DNA from: Polyangiales bacterium
Lineage (GTDB): Bacteria > Myxococcota_A > Polyangia > Polyangiales > Ga0077539
Length of the DNA: 64,000 nt
Assembly (NCBI GenBank): GCA_044229975.1
Contig: JBGARZ010000006.1
Coordinates: forward strand, 96,001 to 160,000
Reading direction: 5' to 3'
Part shown: positions 1-9,194 of the stretch, one piece after another
Numbering within the stretch: position 1 is the first letter of the stretch
Layout of the letters: every line of letters starts with the position of its first letter
Made by a program: the position numbers and the translations under genes
Notes under the pieces: model-generated
What the model was told of the DNA's origin: nothing
What the model saw: the letters and a program-made list of their open reading frames with translations, nothing else
The model's database searches: none

Positions 1-1303
1 CCGTGAGGACCCCGGACATCCATCCCGCTCGACTCCTCATGACCTGGGGTAGAATCGCTACGCCCGGCGGCGCCTCCTGCAGGTACGCCGCGACCCTGAA
101 CCGATCGCCGCCGTAGCCGGAAAGCGTGAGCCTGGCCGACGTTGGCGGGTCCTGGTTGTTCGTCATGACTGGCATATCCGTTTCGTCCGGCCTCTTGTGT
201 TTCGCTCCGACGAACAGGTCGCCTCGGTTGTTTGGGTCGGGGATGAGCGAAAACATCATTGCGACGTCAAGCAGGGCGGGGGAAATCTCGGCAGTCGCCT
301 CGATCTCACGCCCAGATCTCCTGGCTGCGTCACTCATCTTCGTATCCCACCAGGGCTTCTCGGGGCGGTCCCGGGACGTGCCCATGGGGATGTTGACGTA
401 AACCCTGTCCTCACCTGGCAAGACCCTGACGATGTCGATCACGGTGAAGAAAGCGCGATCGGCGTAACCCTTCGCCTTGAAGTTCTTGCCCTCGACTCCA
501 AGGTGCAGGCGGACGTCCCTGTGAGCGTTCGACCTCTTGGTGCCCTCGACCCAGAGCACCAGGTCGCCATCACCAAACGCCTCTTTCCCTAGCGAGACTG
601 GATGCCCGCAAAGGAAATCTTTGCCCTGGACCTCTTGGCTGAAGATCGTGACCTCACCGCCCTGGCTGTCCGTCGTCAGGACCACCCTCAAGTCGGCTTT
701 CCACACCGCGGGGTCAGGTTCCTTCACGATGAGCTTCGCGCGCCCTTGGGATTGGCTTTCGTCCTGCAATACGAGGAGCCGCCCGCGACCGACCTGCTCG
801 TCGCGCGACAGGGCGGTGTGCTTCGGCATTGTCGAACTGAAAAACACCTCGCTGTGTTTCTTCTCCGCCCGGCAAAGCACCATATCGAGTTGGACTGCGG
901 TCATCTCGCAAGGGAGAGACTCCTTCCCATGCGCCTTCAGGGTGAGCGTCACTGGGCCGGGCCCGATCGCCTTGATATAGACTGTCGAGGGGAGCGCGAC
1001 GTCGATCTTGGTTTTTGGTTTCGATTTTTTATGGGCGTCGGGCCTGCCGCTGCTTTGGGTGTAGACGAGCACTTCGGCACTGAACGTGAGCACGCCTTTG
1101 CTGCCCGGACCGGACAGGTCGATCGCCGTCGGAGTCGTGATGAAATCAGGGAGAGCGGACCGGTCGACCAGAAAGACTGAACACTCTGGCGCAATGACGG
1201 GGTCACCCGTGTTGCGCCCGCACTGCTTGACTGCTGTCGACCCATCGGCTGGTTTGCGCTTGTCGGCTTCTAGTTGCGTGTTGCTCCCGCCGCACGGCCC
1301 CAT
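1..1303 (-). CDS. Partial (runs off window start) large hypothetical protein, secreted-effector-like, >=434 aa
   Basis: Absent from the ORF track because it has no stop in the window. Manual translation from ATG at 1303 (GGAGGA just upstream, 1 nt after the stop of the 1305 gene) is open to base 2: MGPCGGSNTQLEADKRKPADGSTAVKQCG...LVLWVEGTKRSNAHRDVRLHLGVEG...DRVYVNIP...ARLTLSGYGGDRFRVAAY...SGVLT. Two sampled 60-nt lines are 55% and 58% GC, lower than the flanks. Confidence 0.75.
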   Translation of the reverse strand, partial: MGPCGGSNTQLEADKRKPADGSTAVKQCGRNTGDPVIAPECSVFLVDRSALPDFITTPTAIDLSGPGSKGVLTFSAEVLVYTQSSGRPDAHKKSKPKTKIDVALPSTVYIKAIGPGPVTLTLKAHGKESLPCEMTAVQLDMVLCRAEKKHSEVFFSSTMPKHTALSRDEQVGRGRLLVLQDESQSQGRAKLIVKEPDPAVWKADLRVVLTTDSQGGEVTIFSQEVQGKDFLCGHPVSLGKEAFGDGDLVLWVEGTKRSNAHRDVRLHLGVEGKNFKAKGYADRAFFTVIDIVRVLPGEDRVYVNIPMGTSRDRPEKPWWDTKMSDAARRSGREIEATAEISPALLDVAMMFSLIPDPNNRGDLFVGAKHKRPDETDMPVMTNNQDPPTSARLTLSGYGGDRFRVAAYLQEAPPGVAILPQVMRSRAGWMSGVLT

Positions 1304-1304
1304 C

Positions 1305-2072
1305 TCAATCCTCCTTTGCGCGGAGCAGCGCCACCGCGCGATTCAAATGGCTCATCGCCCCATCCAGCAGCGCCCGCGCCTTCGCGTCCGGATCCGCGAT
1401 CTCCTCGTCGCGCAGCGTCGCGCCCATCCAAGGGATCTGTGGGTCACGCGCCGCGTGACTCCCCAACATGAACAACACCGTCATCAAGATCAGCACGCCG
1501 GCGGGGCTCGTGAGACCATGGCGGGCGGCCTCTTCGCCGCCCAGGGCGAAGAATGCGCCCAGAGCGTCATCGTCGAGGTTTGCCAGCTTCTCCGGATAGA
1601 GGTGGCCAAGCCATTGGTACACGGCGACGTTGAGCGGGCCAGACGACGTCGCCTCGACGGCTCGCTCGAAGGTCAACCCCCGCACCCGCATCATCGCTCG
1701 CCGGTAGCGTCCGCCGTCCTCCCCGGTGACCAGCGCCAGATACGTGATCGCCCGCGCGTGGAGCACGTCCATCGTGTTGTCGCCGCCCTGCGCCAGGATC
1801 TGGGCCGCCCAGGGGAGCTGCGGATCGCGGTCGAAGTCGGTGCCAAGCGACAGCGAGAGGTCGATGTACCGTCGCATCTGGCTTCTGGTCGTGAAGCCAT
1901 GAGCGTCCGCGCGCTCGATGCCATACCGGATGACCTCCCGCGCCTGCACTTCTCCCATCAAGTCACAGTCGATGGGAAAGTGCTCGCGGAGGTGAGCCCA
2001 CATCTCCGATTCGAAGCTCTTCCAGCCCAGACGACCCAGCACCGCCAGTTGTGAAGATCGAATGACGAGCAT
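1305..2072 (-). CDS. Conserved hypothetical protein with two tandem copies of one domain; resembles genes found upstream of T6SS effectors
   Basis: MLVIRSSQLAVL start. Internal duplication: 'GIERADAHGF...LSLGTDFDRDPQLPW' versus 'GGEEAARHGL...FMLGSHAARDPQIPW'. The T6SS-context association is from recall. Confidence 0.7.
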   Translation of the reverse strand: MLVIRSSQLAVLGRLGWKSFESEMWAHLREHFPIDCDLMGEVQAREVIRYGIERADAHGFTTRSQMRRYIDLSLSLGTDFDRDPQLPWAAQILAQGGDNTMDVLHARAITYLALVTGEDGGRYRRAMMRVRGLTFERAVEATSSGPLNVAVYQWLGHLYPEKLANLDDDALGAFFALGGEEAARHGLTSPAGVLILMTVLFMLGSHAARDPQIPWMGATLRDEEIADPDAKARALLDGAMSHLNRAVALLRAKED

Positions 2073-2173
2073 GGACTCCGCACAGGCCACGAGAAGCATC
2101 CACCGGACAAAACATCGCGACGTATCAAGCAGTTACCATCAATCGAACTGCAACGTCCACACCTTCTTCGCGC

Positions 2174-2503
2174 TCACCGCACCAACGCACACGCAGTCGG
2201 GTCGGCCGTCGCCGCGACCAGTGCCGTCCCCGTCGCCCCCGCGCTCCGCGGCGACTTTACCCGATAGGCGACGTTGCCGTCGGGCAACACGCTCACCCGA
2301 CCGCTCGCCACCGCCGGTCGGGCCATGTACCGGCAGAGCCGCTCCAGCGCCCCGCGGTCGTCCACCGCCACACACATCCTCCCGCCCGCAGTTCGAACAC
2401 ACCCCGTGCCGCTTGCACGAGAACGCCACGAGTCGGTCGTGGCCGCAGCCCGCGCAGCGCGCCCGTCGACATCGGGCAAGCCGTGCGACGTCCCGCAGCC
2501 GGA
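2174..2503 (-). pseudogene. IS91/ISCR-family rolling-circle transposase remnant (frameshifted, internally deleted)
   Basis: Zn-binding motif RC-AGCGHDRLVAFSCKRHGVCSNCG in one frame. Catalytic-region motif DDRGALERLCRYMARPAVASGRVSVLPDGNVAYRVKSP in another frame immediately after. The intervening HUH region is absent. Confidence 0.85.
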
Positions 2504-2603
2504 GTTGGGAGCAGGCGATGAGGCCCCCCTCGAAACCTGACACCCTGCTGACAGTCACTGCGCTTGACGATCGGGCGTCGTCGTCACACTCCCAGGACCC
2601 GCC

Positions 2604-4718
2604 ATGAACAACCCCTCGTCGCCCTTCCAGCTCGTGTCGGAGTTTGCGCCGCAGGGCGACCAGCCCACCGCCATCGCCGCGCTCCTCGAAGGGCTGCGCC
2701 GCGGCGAGAAGCACCAGACCCTCCTCGGCGTCACCGGCTCGGGCAAGACCTTCACCGCCGCGCAGGTCATCGCCGCGTACGGTCGACCCGCGCTCGTGCT
2801 CGCGCCCAACAAGACCCTCGCGGCGCAGCTCTACGGGGAGTTCAAGGAGCTGTTTCCCGACAACGCCGTCGAGTACTTCGTCTCGTATTACGACTACTAC
2901 CAGCCCGAGGCGTACATCCCCGCGAGCGACACCTTCATCGAGAAGGACTCGATGATCAACGAGGCCATCGACCGCCTGCGCCACTCGGCCACGCGCTCGC
3001 TGCTCTCCCGCAAGGACGTCATCATCGTCGCGTCGGTGTCGTGCATCTACGGCATCGGCTCGCAGGAGTCCTACAAAGGGATGGTCGCCGCCTTCGGGGT
3101 CGGCGAGGAATACCCGCGTGACCATCTCATCCGACGGCTCGTCGAGATGCAGTACTCACGCAACGACGTCGACTTCCACCGCGGGACCTTCCGGGTGCGC
3201 GGCGACGTGGTGGAGGTGTTTCCCGCGTACGAGGCGGAGGTGGCGGTGCGGGTGGCGTTCTTCGGGGACACCATCGACGACATCGCGGAGATCGACCCGC
3301 TGCGCGGCAAGGTGCTGAAGAAGCTGCGCGCGGCGGAGATCTTCCCGGGGTCGCACTACGTGACGCCGAAGAAGATGATGAGCAACGCCATCAACGCGAT
3401 CCGCGACGAGCTCCAGGTGCGGCTCACGGAGCTGCAGGAGCGCGGCAAGTTCATCGAGCGCGAGCGCCTGGAGCAGCGGGTCTTGTACGACCTCGAAATG
3501 CTGGAGCAGGTGGGCTTCTGCCACGGGATCGAAAACTACTCGCGCCACCTGTCGGGTCGCGGTCCGGGCGAGGCGCCGCCGACGCTCATCGACTACTTCC
3601 CGCCCGACTACCTCCTGCTCATCGACGAGAGCCACCAGTCGGTGTCGCAGGTCGGCGCGATGTTCAAGGGCGACCGCGCGCGCAAGGAGACGCTGGTGGA
3701 CTTCGGGTTCCGCCTGCCGAGCGCGCTCGACAACCGGCCGCTGAAGTTCGACGAGTTCGAGCAGCGCATGGGTCGCACCATCTATGTGTCGGCGACGCCG
3801 GGTCAGTACGAGCTCGACCACAGCGGCGGAACCTTCGTCGAGCAGATCATCCGCCCTACCGGTCTCATCGACCCGGTCATCACGGTGCGCCCCGTGACGA
3901 AGCAGGTCGACGACCTCCTGGCCGAGGTGCGCGAGTGCGTCGCGAAGGACCAGCGCGTGCTCGTCACCACGCTCACCAAGCGCATGGCCGAAGACCTCAC
4001 CGAGTACTATCAAGACCTCGGCGTAAAGGTTCGCTATCTACACTCGGACATCGATACGCTGGAGCGGGTGGAGATCCTCCGCGACCTGCGGCGCGGGGAG
4101 TTCGACGTGCTGGTGGGCATCAACCTCCTGCGCGAGGGGTTGGACCTCCCCGAGGTAGCGCTGGTGGCGATTCTCGACGCCGACAAGGAGGGCTTCCTGC
4201 GCTCGCCGCGGTCGCTCATCCAGACCATCGGCCGCGCGGCGCGCAACATCGAGGGGCGGGTCATCATGTACGCCGACACGGTGACCTCCGCGATGCAGAA
4301 CGCCATCGAAGAGACCGACCGACGCCGCACGATTCAGCGCGCCTACAACGAGAAGCACGGCATCACGCCGACATCGACGAAGCGCGCCATCACCGACCTG
4401 TCGCCCGCGTCGGGCGCCAACGACTACGTGGCCGTCTCCAAAGGGCGGAAGAAGGGCGCACCCGTCGCCGCGCCGAAGAGCGACGCCGACCGCGCGGCGC
4501 TCGCGGAGCAGCTGCGCGCGGAGATGCTGGAGGCCGCGGAGTCGCTGGACTTCGAGCGCGCCGCGGCGCTGCGTGACGAGCTGCGGGTGCTGGAGACGGG
4601 CGTGGTGCCCGAGCCGAAGGCGCCCGTGACGTCGCTCGAACCGACAAAGAACAAGCCGAAGCCCGACGCGCGCAAGCGCTTCGAGAAGGCCGGGCAGCGG
4701 TACGCGAAGAAGCAGTAG
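2604..4718 (+). CDS. uvrB: Excinuclease ABC subunit B
   Basis: GVTGSGKT Walker [11 protein letters not shown] beta-hairpin, [19 protein letters not shown]-terminal UVR motif ([11 protein letters not shown]). Confidence 0.99.
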   Translation: MNNPSSPFQLVSEFAPQGDQPTAIAALLEGLRRGEKHQTLLGVTGSGKTFTAAQVIAAYGRPALVLAPNKTLAAQLYGEFKELFPDNAVEYFVSYYDYYQPEAYIPASDTFIEKDSMINEAIDRLRHSATRSLLSRKDVIIVASVSCIYGIGSQESYKGMVAAFGVGEEYPRDHLIRRLVEMQYSRNDVDFHRGTFRVRGDVVEVFPAYEAEVAVRVAFFGDTIDDIAEIDPLRGKVLKKLRAAEIFPGSHYVTPKKMMSNAINAIRDELQVRLTELQERGKFIERERLEQRVLYDLEMLEQVGFCHGIENYSRHLSGRGPGEAPPTLIDYFPPDYLLLIDESHQSVSQVGAMFKGDRARKETLVDFGFRLPSALDNRPLKFDEFEQRMGRTIYVSATPGQYELDHSGGTFVEQIIRPTGLIDPVITVRPVTKQVDDLLAEVRECVAKDQRVLVTTLTKRMAEDLTEYYQDLGVKVRYLHSDIDTLERVEILRDLRRGEFDVLVGINLLREGLDLPEVALVAILDADKEGFLRSPRSLIQTIGRAARNIEGRVIMYADTVTSAMQNAIEETDRRRTIQRAYNEKHGITPTSTKRAITDLSPASGANDYVAVSKGRKKGAPVAAPKSDADRAALAEQLRAEMLEAAESLDFERAAALRDELRVLETGVVPEPKAPVTSLEPTKNKPKPDARKRFEKAGQRYAKKQ

Positions 4719-4733
4719 AGCTCGACCCGCCGT

Positions 4734-4965
4734 GCGCCGGAGTTCGCGTGAGCCCATGAGCCGAGGTGCAGTCGCTCACTCCGGGCTATTTCAGGTGCTC
4801 ACCCCGCTGCGCGAGGTTGCAGGAACTCACGGTCGACGATGAGCAAGGTCGATGAGTTGCTGGTTGAACCCAGTGCTGCAACCCCGCGCAGCGGGGTGAG
4901 CACCTGAAATAGCCCGGAGTGAGCGACTGCACGCACCCGCAACGAGGTCCCGCGAACTCCGGCGC
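4734..4965. repeat. Long inverted-repeat element (REPIN/MITE-like) between convergent genes
   Basis: 57-bp arms 4766-4822 and 4876-4932 with 1 mismatch around a 53-bp spacer. Outer perfect 15-bp arms at 4734-4748 and 4951-4965. Confidence 0.9.
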
Positions 4966-4983
4966 GCAGCGGGGGTGAGACTC

Positions 4984-6879
4984 CTACGGCCGACGAAGCG
5001 CCTGCTGCATGCTGCGGCCGACGAGGCCCAGCGCCGCGCGCGGGACGGTGAGGTCGACGGTGACGTGCGTGACGCCCTCGCGCTCGGTGGTGCGCATGCG
5101 GCCGATGGTCGGCGCGTTGGCCGCGTCGCCCGCCTGCGCGAGCGTGCCGGAGATGGTGCGGCCCAGCGACGCGTCGTTGTGGCTCAGCTCCAGCAGCGCG
5201 TTGGGGAGCACCGCGATGACGCTCGACGTGCCCGCGGCGGTCGCGTCGGGGATCGTCGGCGGCGCCGGGTGCGACGCCGTCGCAGCCGCGAACTGCGTGC
5301 GCGCGTTGGCGCCCAGCACGACCCAGACGTGATCGCCCTCGGGTACCAGCAGCAGCTCGGACACCAGCGGGCGAGCCGCAGGCGTCGCCGGCGTCGCCGG
5401 TCGAGCCGCCGGTGCAACCCGGGGCGTGGCCGCGGTGGACTGCGCGCGCATCGCGGCGAGCAGCACGTCGCGGGTGGGCATCGTTCCGCGCAGGAGCAAC
5501 GACCCGGCGGGCAGGCCCGTGGTGGGCGCGAGCACCCACCCCATCGGGTTGATGTGCAGGTCGGCGTTGATGGCGCGCGCGACGGCGGGGCGGCGCATCG
5601 CCGTCACCAGCGAGCGCACGTTGGCGACGAACTGCGGCGACGGCGTGGACAGCCGCAGGAGCGCGGTGGCGGTGTAGCGGTCCTGCGCGTCGCGCTGGGT
5701 GGCGGTGGCGACTGCGACGCGGTCCTGCGCGACGAGGGCGCCGAGGGCCGTGCGCAGCGCGGTGGCGTCGGCCTCCACCAATCGGGTGCGCGGCGTAAGA
5801 ACGCGGGCAGCGGCGCTCGCGGCGAGGTTGAGCGTCGCGCGCAGCGGCTCGGTGTGCATGGCCCAGGCGCCGTAGGTCCACGCGCCGGGCGGGAGGCGCT
5901 CGTAGAGGTCGACGGGCACGGGGCTGTCGCGCACGGCGGTGAGCGCCTGCTGCGCGAGCTGGGCGCTGGGGTTCTGCACCGCGAGGTCGAGGGTGAGCGC
6001 GGCGCCGGTGTCGGGGAGCGCGAGCGAGAGGCGGGCGTCGCGGGCCTCCGTGAGGGTGCTGCGGAGGGCGCCGACGGCGTCGCGGATCCACTGGCGCGCG
6101 GCGTCGGCGAAGAGCGGGTTGTTGGGGTCGGGGCCGGGCGCGACGGCCTCGACGAGCTCGCCGACGAGGGAGTCGAGGTCGGCGCGCATGGCCTGCTCGA
6201 TGATCTGCGGGTGGAGATCGACGACCACGGCGCCGTCGTCCGAGGTGAGCGGCTGCGCGGCGAGGGTGCGCGCGATGTACGCGGCGTAGCGGTTGATGAA
6301 GTCCTCGTAGCCCTCGCGGTGGTGCACCATCAACAGGCGGCCGCCCTCGCCCGCCGTCGGGAGCAGGAACAGATCATCGCTGTGGTGCTGCCCCGTCTGC
6401 ACGATGCGCTGCATGCGGAGCGAGGGGTTGCCGAAGTTCTCCAGGGTGTGGCCGTCGGCGAGCTGCGTGCGGGCCGTGGCGAGCGAGCGGATGGGGAAGG
6501 ACGCGATGCCCTCGACGTCGTTGCCGCGGAAGGCCACGAGGAGGTCGAGCGGTCCGTCGAGGTCGACCGCGTGGGCGGCGCCCTCGTCGCTGAGAATCTC
6601 CGGCAGCGCCGACGCGAGGCCCTGCTCGATGAACTCCCGCAGCCCGAGCATCTCGCCGAGGCGTCGCACGGCGGCGTTGACGTTGCCGACGCGCACCGAG
6701 ACCACGCCGTCGGTGGGGCGCGCGACGGGAGTGGTGTCGGCGGCGACCTCGACGGCGGTGTTGACGGCGTTGGCGACGGGCGCCGCGGGCGCGGGCGTCG
6801 GCGTGCTCGCGCACTGCGGGAGCGAGGCGGCGAGGACGAGCGCGAGCGCGGCGGAGCGGAGGCGGGAGGAGGGCGACAT
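4984..6879 (-). CDS. Hypothetical exported protein, probable lipoprotein (631 aa)
   Basis: Hydrophobic signal ending LAASLPQC, then a Pro/Ala linker; host-like codon usage. Confidence 0.75.
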   Translation of the reverse strand: MSPSSRLRSAALALVLAASLPQCASTPTPAPAAPVANAVNTAVEVAADTTPVARPTDGVVSVRVGNVNAAVRRLGEMLGLREFIEQGLASALPEILSDEGAAHAVDLDGPLDLLVAFRGNDVEGIASFPIRSLATARTQLADGHTLENFGNPSLRMQRIVQTGQHHSDDLFLLPTAGEGGRLLMVHHREGYEDFINRYAAYIARTLAAQPLTSDDGAVVVDLHPQIIEQAMRADLDSLVGELVEAVAPGPDPNNPLFADAARQWIRDAVGALRSTLTEARDARLSLALPDTGAALTLDLAVQNPSAQLAQQALTAVRDSPVPVDLYERLPPGAWTYGAWAMHTEPLRATLNLAASAAARVLTPRTRLVEADATALRTALGALVAQDRVAVATATQRDAQDRYTATALLRLSTPSPQFVANVRSLVTAMRRPAVARAINADLHINPMGWVLAPTTGLPAGSLLLRGTMPTRDVLLAAMRAQSTAATPRVAPAARPATPATPAARPLVSELLLVPEGDHVWVVLGANARTQFAAATASHPAPPTIPDATAAGTSSVIAVLPNALLELSHNDASLGRTISGTLAQAGDAANAPTIGRMRTTEREGVTHVTVDLTVPRAALGLVGRSMQQALRRP

Positions 6880-6919
6880 GGCGGCGGAGGATACCCGAAG
6901 GCTCCTCCGCCGCGACCTC

Positions 6920-8971
6920 TCAGAACTTGTAGGTGATGCCGAGGCGGAGGTTGACCGGCAGCGCGGAGTCCCAGAAGGACGTGGTCAGCACGCGGCGCGA
7001 CACGTTGGAGCCGACGTTGACGGGGCCGCCGTTGCCGGGGTCCTGGATCTCCTCGGGGAAGGGCAGGTAGAGCTGCGCGCCCGCGACGAAGGAGAGGTGG
7101 CGGAAGAGGCCCAGCTCGGCGACGAGCCCGACGTACCCGCGCGCGGTGTTGGCCACGTTGCATGAGCCATCTTCCGAGGCGCCGTTGTCGGGCACGCCGC
7201 CGCTCAGACGGCGGTTGTCGCAGAGGGTGAAGTTGCCCGTGGCGTTGGAGAGCCGCGGGTTGAGCCCGCCGGGGTTGTCGAGGTTGAACTCGGCGCCGCC
7301 GTTGATGGAGATGGTGAACGCCCCGAGGCCGCCCACGGGCTCGCGGCCGCTGGCCGTCTCGCGGTCGCTGCCCATGTTGAAGTGGAACGACAGGTTGCCC
7401 TGCAGCACCAGCCCGAAGCCGCGCGACGACTTGAACCCGAGGGCGCCGTACGCGCGCACTTCGCCGCCGACGGCGATGAGGTCGTTGGCGAAGCGCCAGC
7501 CGGCGCGCGACCGCAGCTCGAACTCGTACCAGTCGAAGCGCGTGCGAATCGAGAGGCCGCCGTCGATGGCGAAGTTGCCGAAGCTGGGGAAGGTGTTGTT
7601 GGGCACGAAGCCCATGGTGGCGCGCAGCTCCAGGGGCATCGCGCCGTAGCTGAGGATGGCGTCGAAGGCGCCGTCGCCGCGGGTGAGCGGCGCGGCGCCG
7701 AAGGTGCTGATGCCCGCGCGGCGGCGCGCGATGTCGATGGGCTGCGGGCCCTGCGGTGCGGGCGGCGCGACGACCGTGCGCACGAGGGCGACGTTGAGCT
7801 CGCAGGCCTGCGTCTCGGTCACGCTGCACGACTGGGTGTAGTCGTTGAAGCCGGGCGCGCGCACGAGCACGGTGATGTCGCCGTAGGGCGCGTCGGCGCG
7901 GGAGAAGCGCCCCTGGCCGACGCGCTCGCTGTTGATGAAGATCTCGGCCTCGGGGTTGGCCGGCGCCGTGATGGACACGCGGCCGTGCGCGGCGGAGACG
8001 GCGAGGTCGCTGTCGGCGAGCTCGACGACCAGCGGGGCGCCGGCGACGACGGTGACGTCGCGGCGCAGGGGCTCGCGGCCCGGCGCGGCGACGCGGAGGC
8101 TGTGCTGCCCCGGCGCGACGTTGGCCTGGTCGACGCGGCCGCCGGAGACGGTGAGCGACTCGCCGTCGAGGAAGACCTGCGCGCCCGCGACAGGAACGAT
8201 GACCCGCAGGCTGCCGGACGTAGCGGCGGCGGCCTCGAGGTCGATGGCGATGGCCTGCACCTGACCCGCGGCGACGGTCACCTCGCGGCGCGTCGAGCGG
8301 AAGCCCGTGGCCGACACCTGCACGATGTGCGTCCCGGGCTGCACCGTATCGGCGGACGGGGGCGTGCCGGTGAGGGGCGCGCCGTCGAGGGTGACCTGGA
8401 GGTCGCCGGGCACCGCGCCGTTGGGGTTGGACACCACGACGCGCACGGTGCCCGTCGGGGCGACGCGCGGGCGGAGCGTGACGTTGACGGTGGCGAGCTG
8501 CCCGGAGGTGACGTTGACGGTCTCGCGCACGGGCTCGCGGCCCTCCATGCGGAGCTCGATGATGTGGGCGCCCGGCGGGACGTTGTTGAGGCGACCCGGG
8601 GTGACGCCCATCTGGGTGCCGTCGAGGAAGATGGGCGCGCCGTCGACGTCGGCGGCGACGTAGATGTTGCCGCCCTGCACGAGCGCGAGGGTGAAGGGGC
8701 GCGGGTTGCGCGCGGCGACGGTGACGTCGAGGGTGCCCTGCACGTAGCCCGGGAGGTCGAAGAACAACCGGTGCGGGCCCTGCGCGACGGAGGCGCGCGG
8801 GAGCGGCGTCTGGCCGAGCGGCGGCGCGGTCGCGTTGTCGACGCGCACGGTGGCGCCGGGCGGGGTCGACTGGATGTTGATCACGCGGCGCGGCTGCGCC
8901 CACGAGGGCGAGGCGGCGATGCAGACCGCGATGGCGCTGACGGACGAAATGAGCTTCGAGCGAAGATGCAT
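6920..8971 (-). CDS. Multi-PEGA-domain exported protein with C-terminal beta-strand/OM-type domain
   Basis: Start MHLRSK after GGAGG; signal peptide; repeated PEGA units (STPPGATVRVD, GAPIFLDG..GVTP, GAQVFLDG); ends LRLGITYKF. Confidence 0.85.
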   Translation of the reverse strand: MHLRSKLISSVSAIAVCIAASPSWAQPRRVINIQSTPPGATVRVDNATAPPLGQTPLPRASVAQGPHRLFFDLPGYVQGTLDVTVAARNPRPFTLALVQGGNIYVAADVDGAPIFLDGTQMGVTPGRLNNVPPGAHIIELRMEGREPVRETVNVTSGQLATVNVTLRPRVAPTGTVRVVVSNPNGAVPGDLQVTLDGAPLTGTPPSADTVQPGTHIVQVSATGFRSTRREVTVAAGQVQAIAIDLEAAAATSGSLRVIVPVAGAQVFLDGESLTVSGGRVDQANVAPGQHSLRVAAPGREPLRRDVTVVAGAPLVVELADSDLAVSAAHGRVSITAPANPEAEIFINSERVGQGRFSRADAPYGDITVLVRAPGFNDYTQSCSVTETQACELNVALVRTVVAPPAPQGPQPIDIARRRAGISTFGAAPLTRGDGAFDAILSYGAMPLELRATMGFVPNNTFPSFGNFAIDGGLSIRTRFDWYEFELRSRAGWRFANDLIAVGGEVRAYGALGFKSSRGFGLVLQGNLSFHFNMGSDRETASGREPVGGLGAFTISINGGAEFNLDNPGGLNPRLSNATGNFTLCDNRRLSGGVPDNGASEDGSCNVANTARGYVGLVAELGLFRHLSFVAGAQLYLPFPEEIQDPGNGGPVNVGSNVSRRVLTTSFWDSALPVNLRLGITYKF

Positions 8972-9148
8972 GGGCTTGTGGTTCCTCCCGGTGGGGACGT
9001 CGCTTCCGAGCGACCACGGGAATACAGCCCGTGCGGGAGAAACAAAAGGCCCACCGCGTAGTGGTGCACCGTGCCGCACCCCGCCGACAGGGTCGCGGGG
9101 AGAGGCAGTGAATATTGCTGGAAAGGTGAGGAGGAGGGAGGCGGTCAG

Positions 9149-9179
9149 CCGGGGCGGTGTCGATTGATCACCGCCCCGG
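9149..9179 (-). terminator. GC-rich hairpin downstream of the large metalloprotease gene
   Basis: CCGGGGCGGTG-N9-CACCGCCCCGG, a perfect 11-bp stem; no U-tract. Confidence 0.5.
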
Positions 9180-9194
9180 TCGACTGGCGGCTGC

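Noticed and set aside
126..2054. Plus-strand ORFs 126-401, 197-592, 537-980, 602-1180 and 1086-2054
   Set aside because: Antisense shadows of the minus-strand genes 1-1303 and 1305-2072; no motifs.
2520..2603. LexA box or sigma70 promoter upstream of uvrB
   Set aside because: No SOS box that I recognise; the TTGACG...CACACT spacing is only 15 bp.
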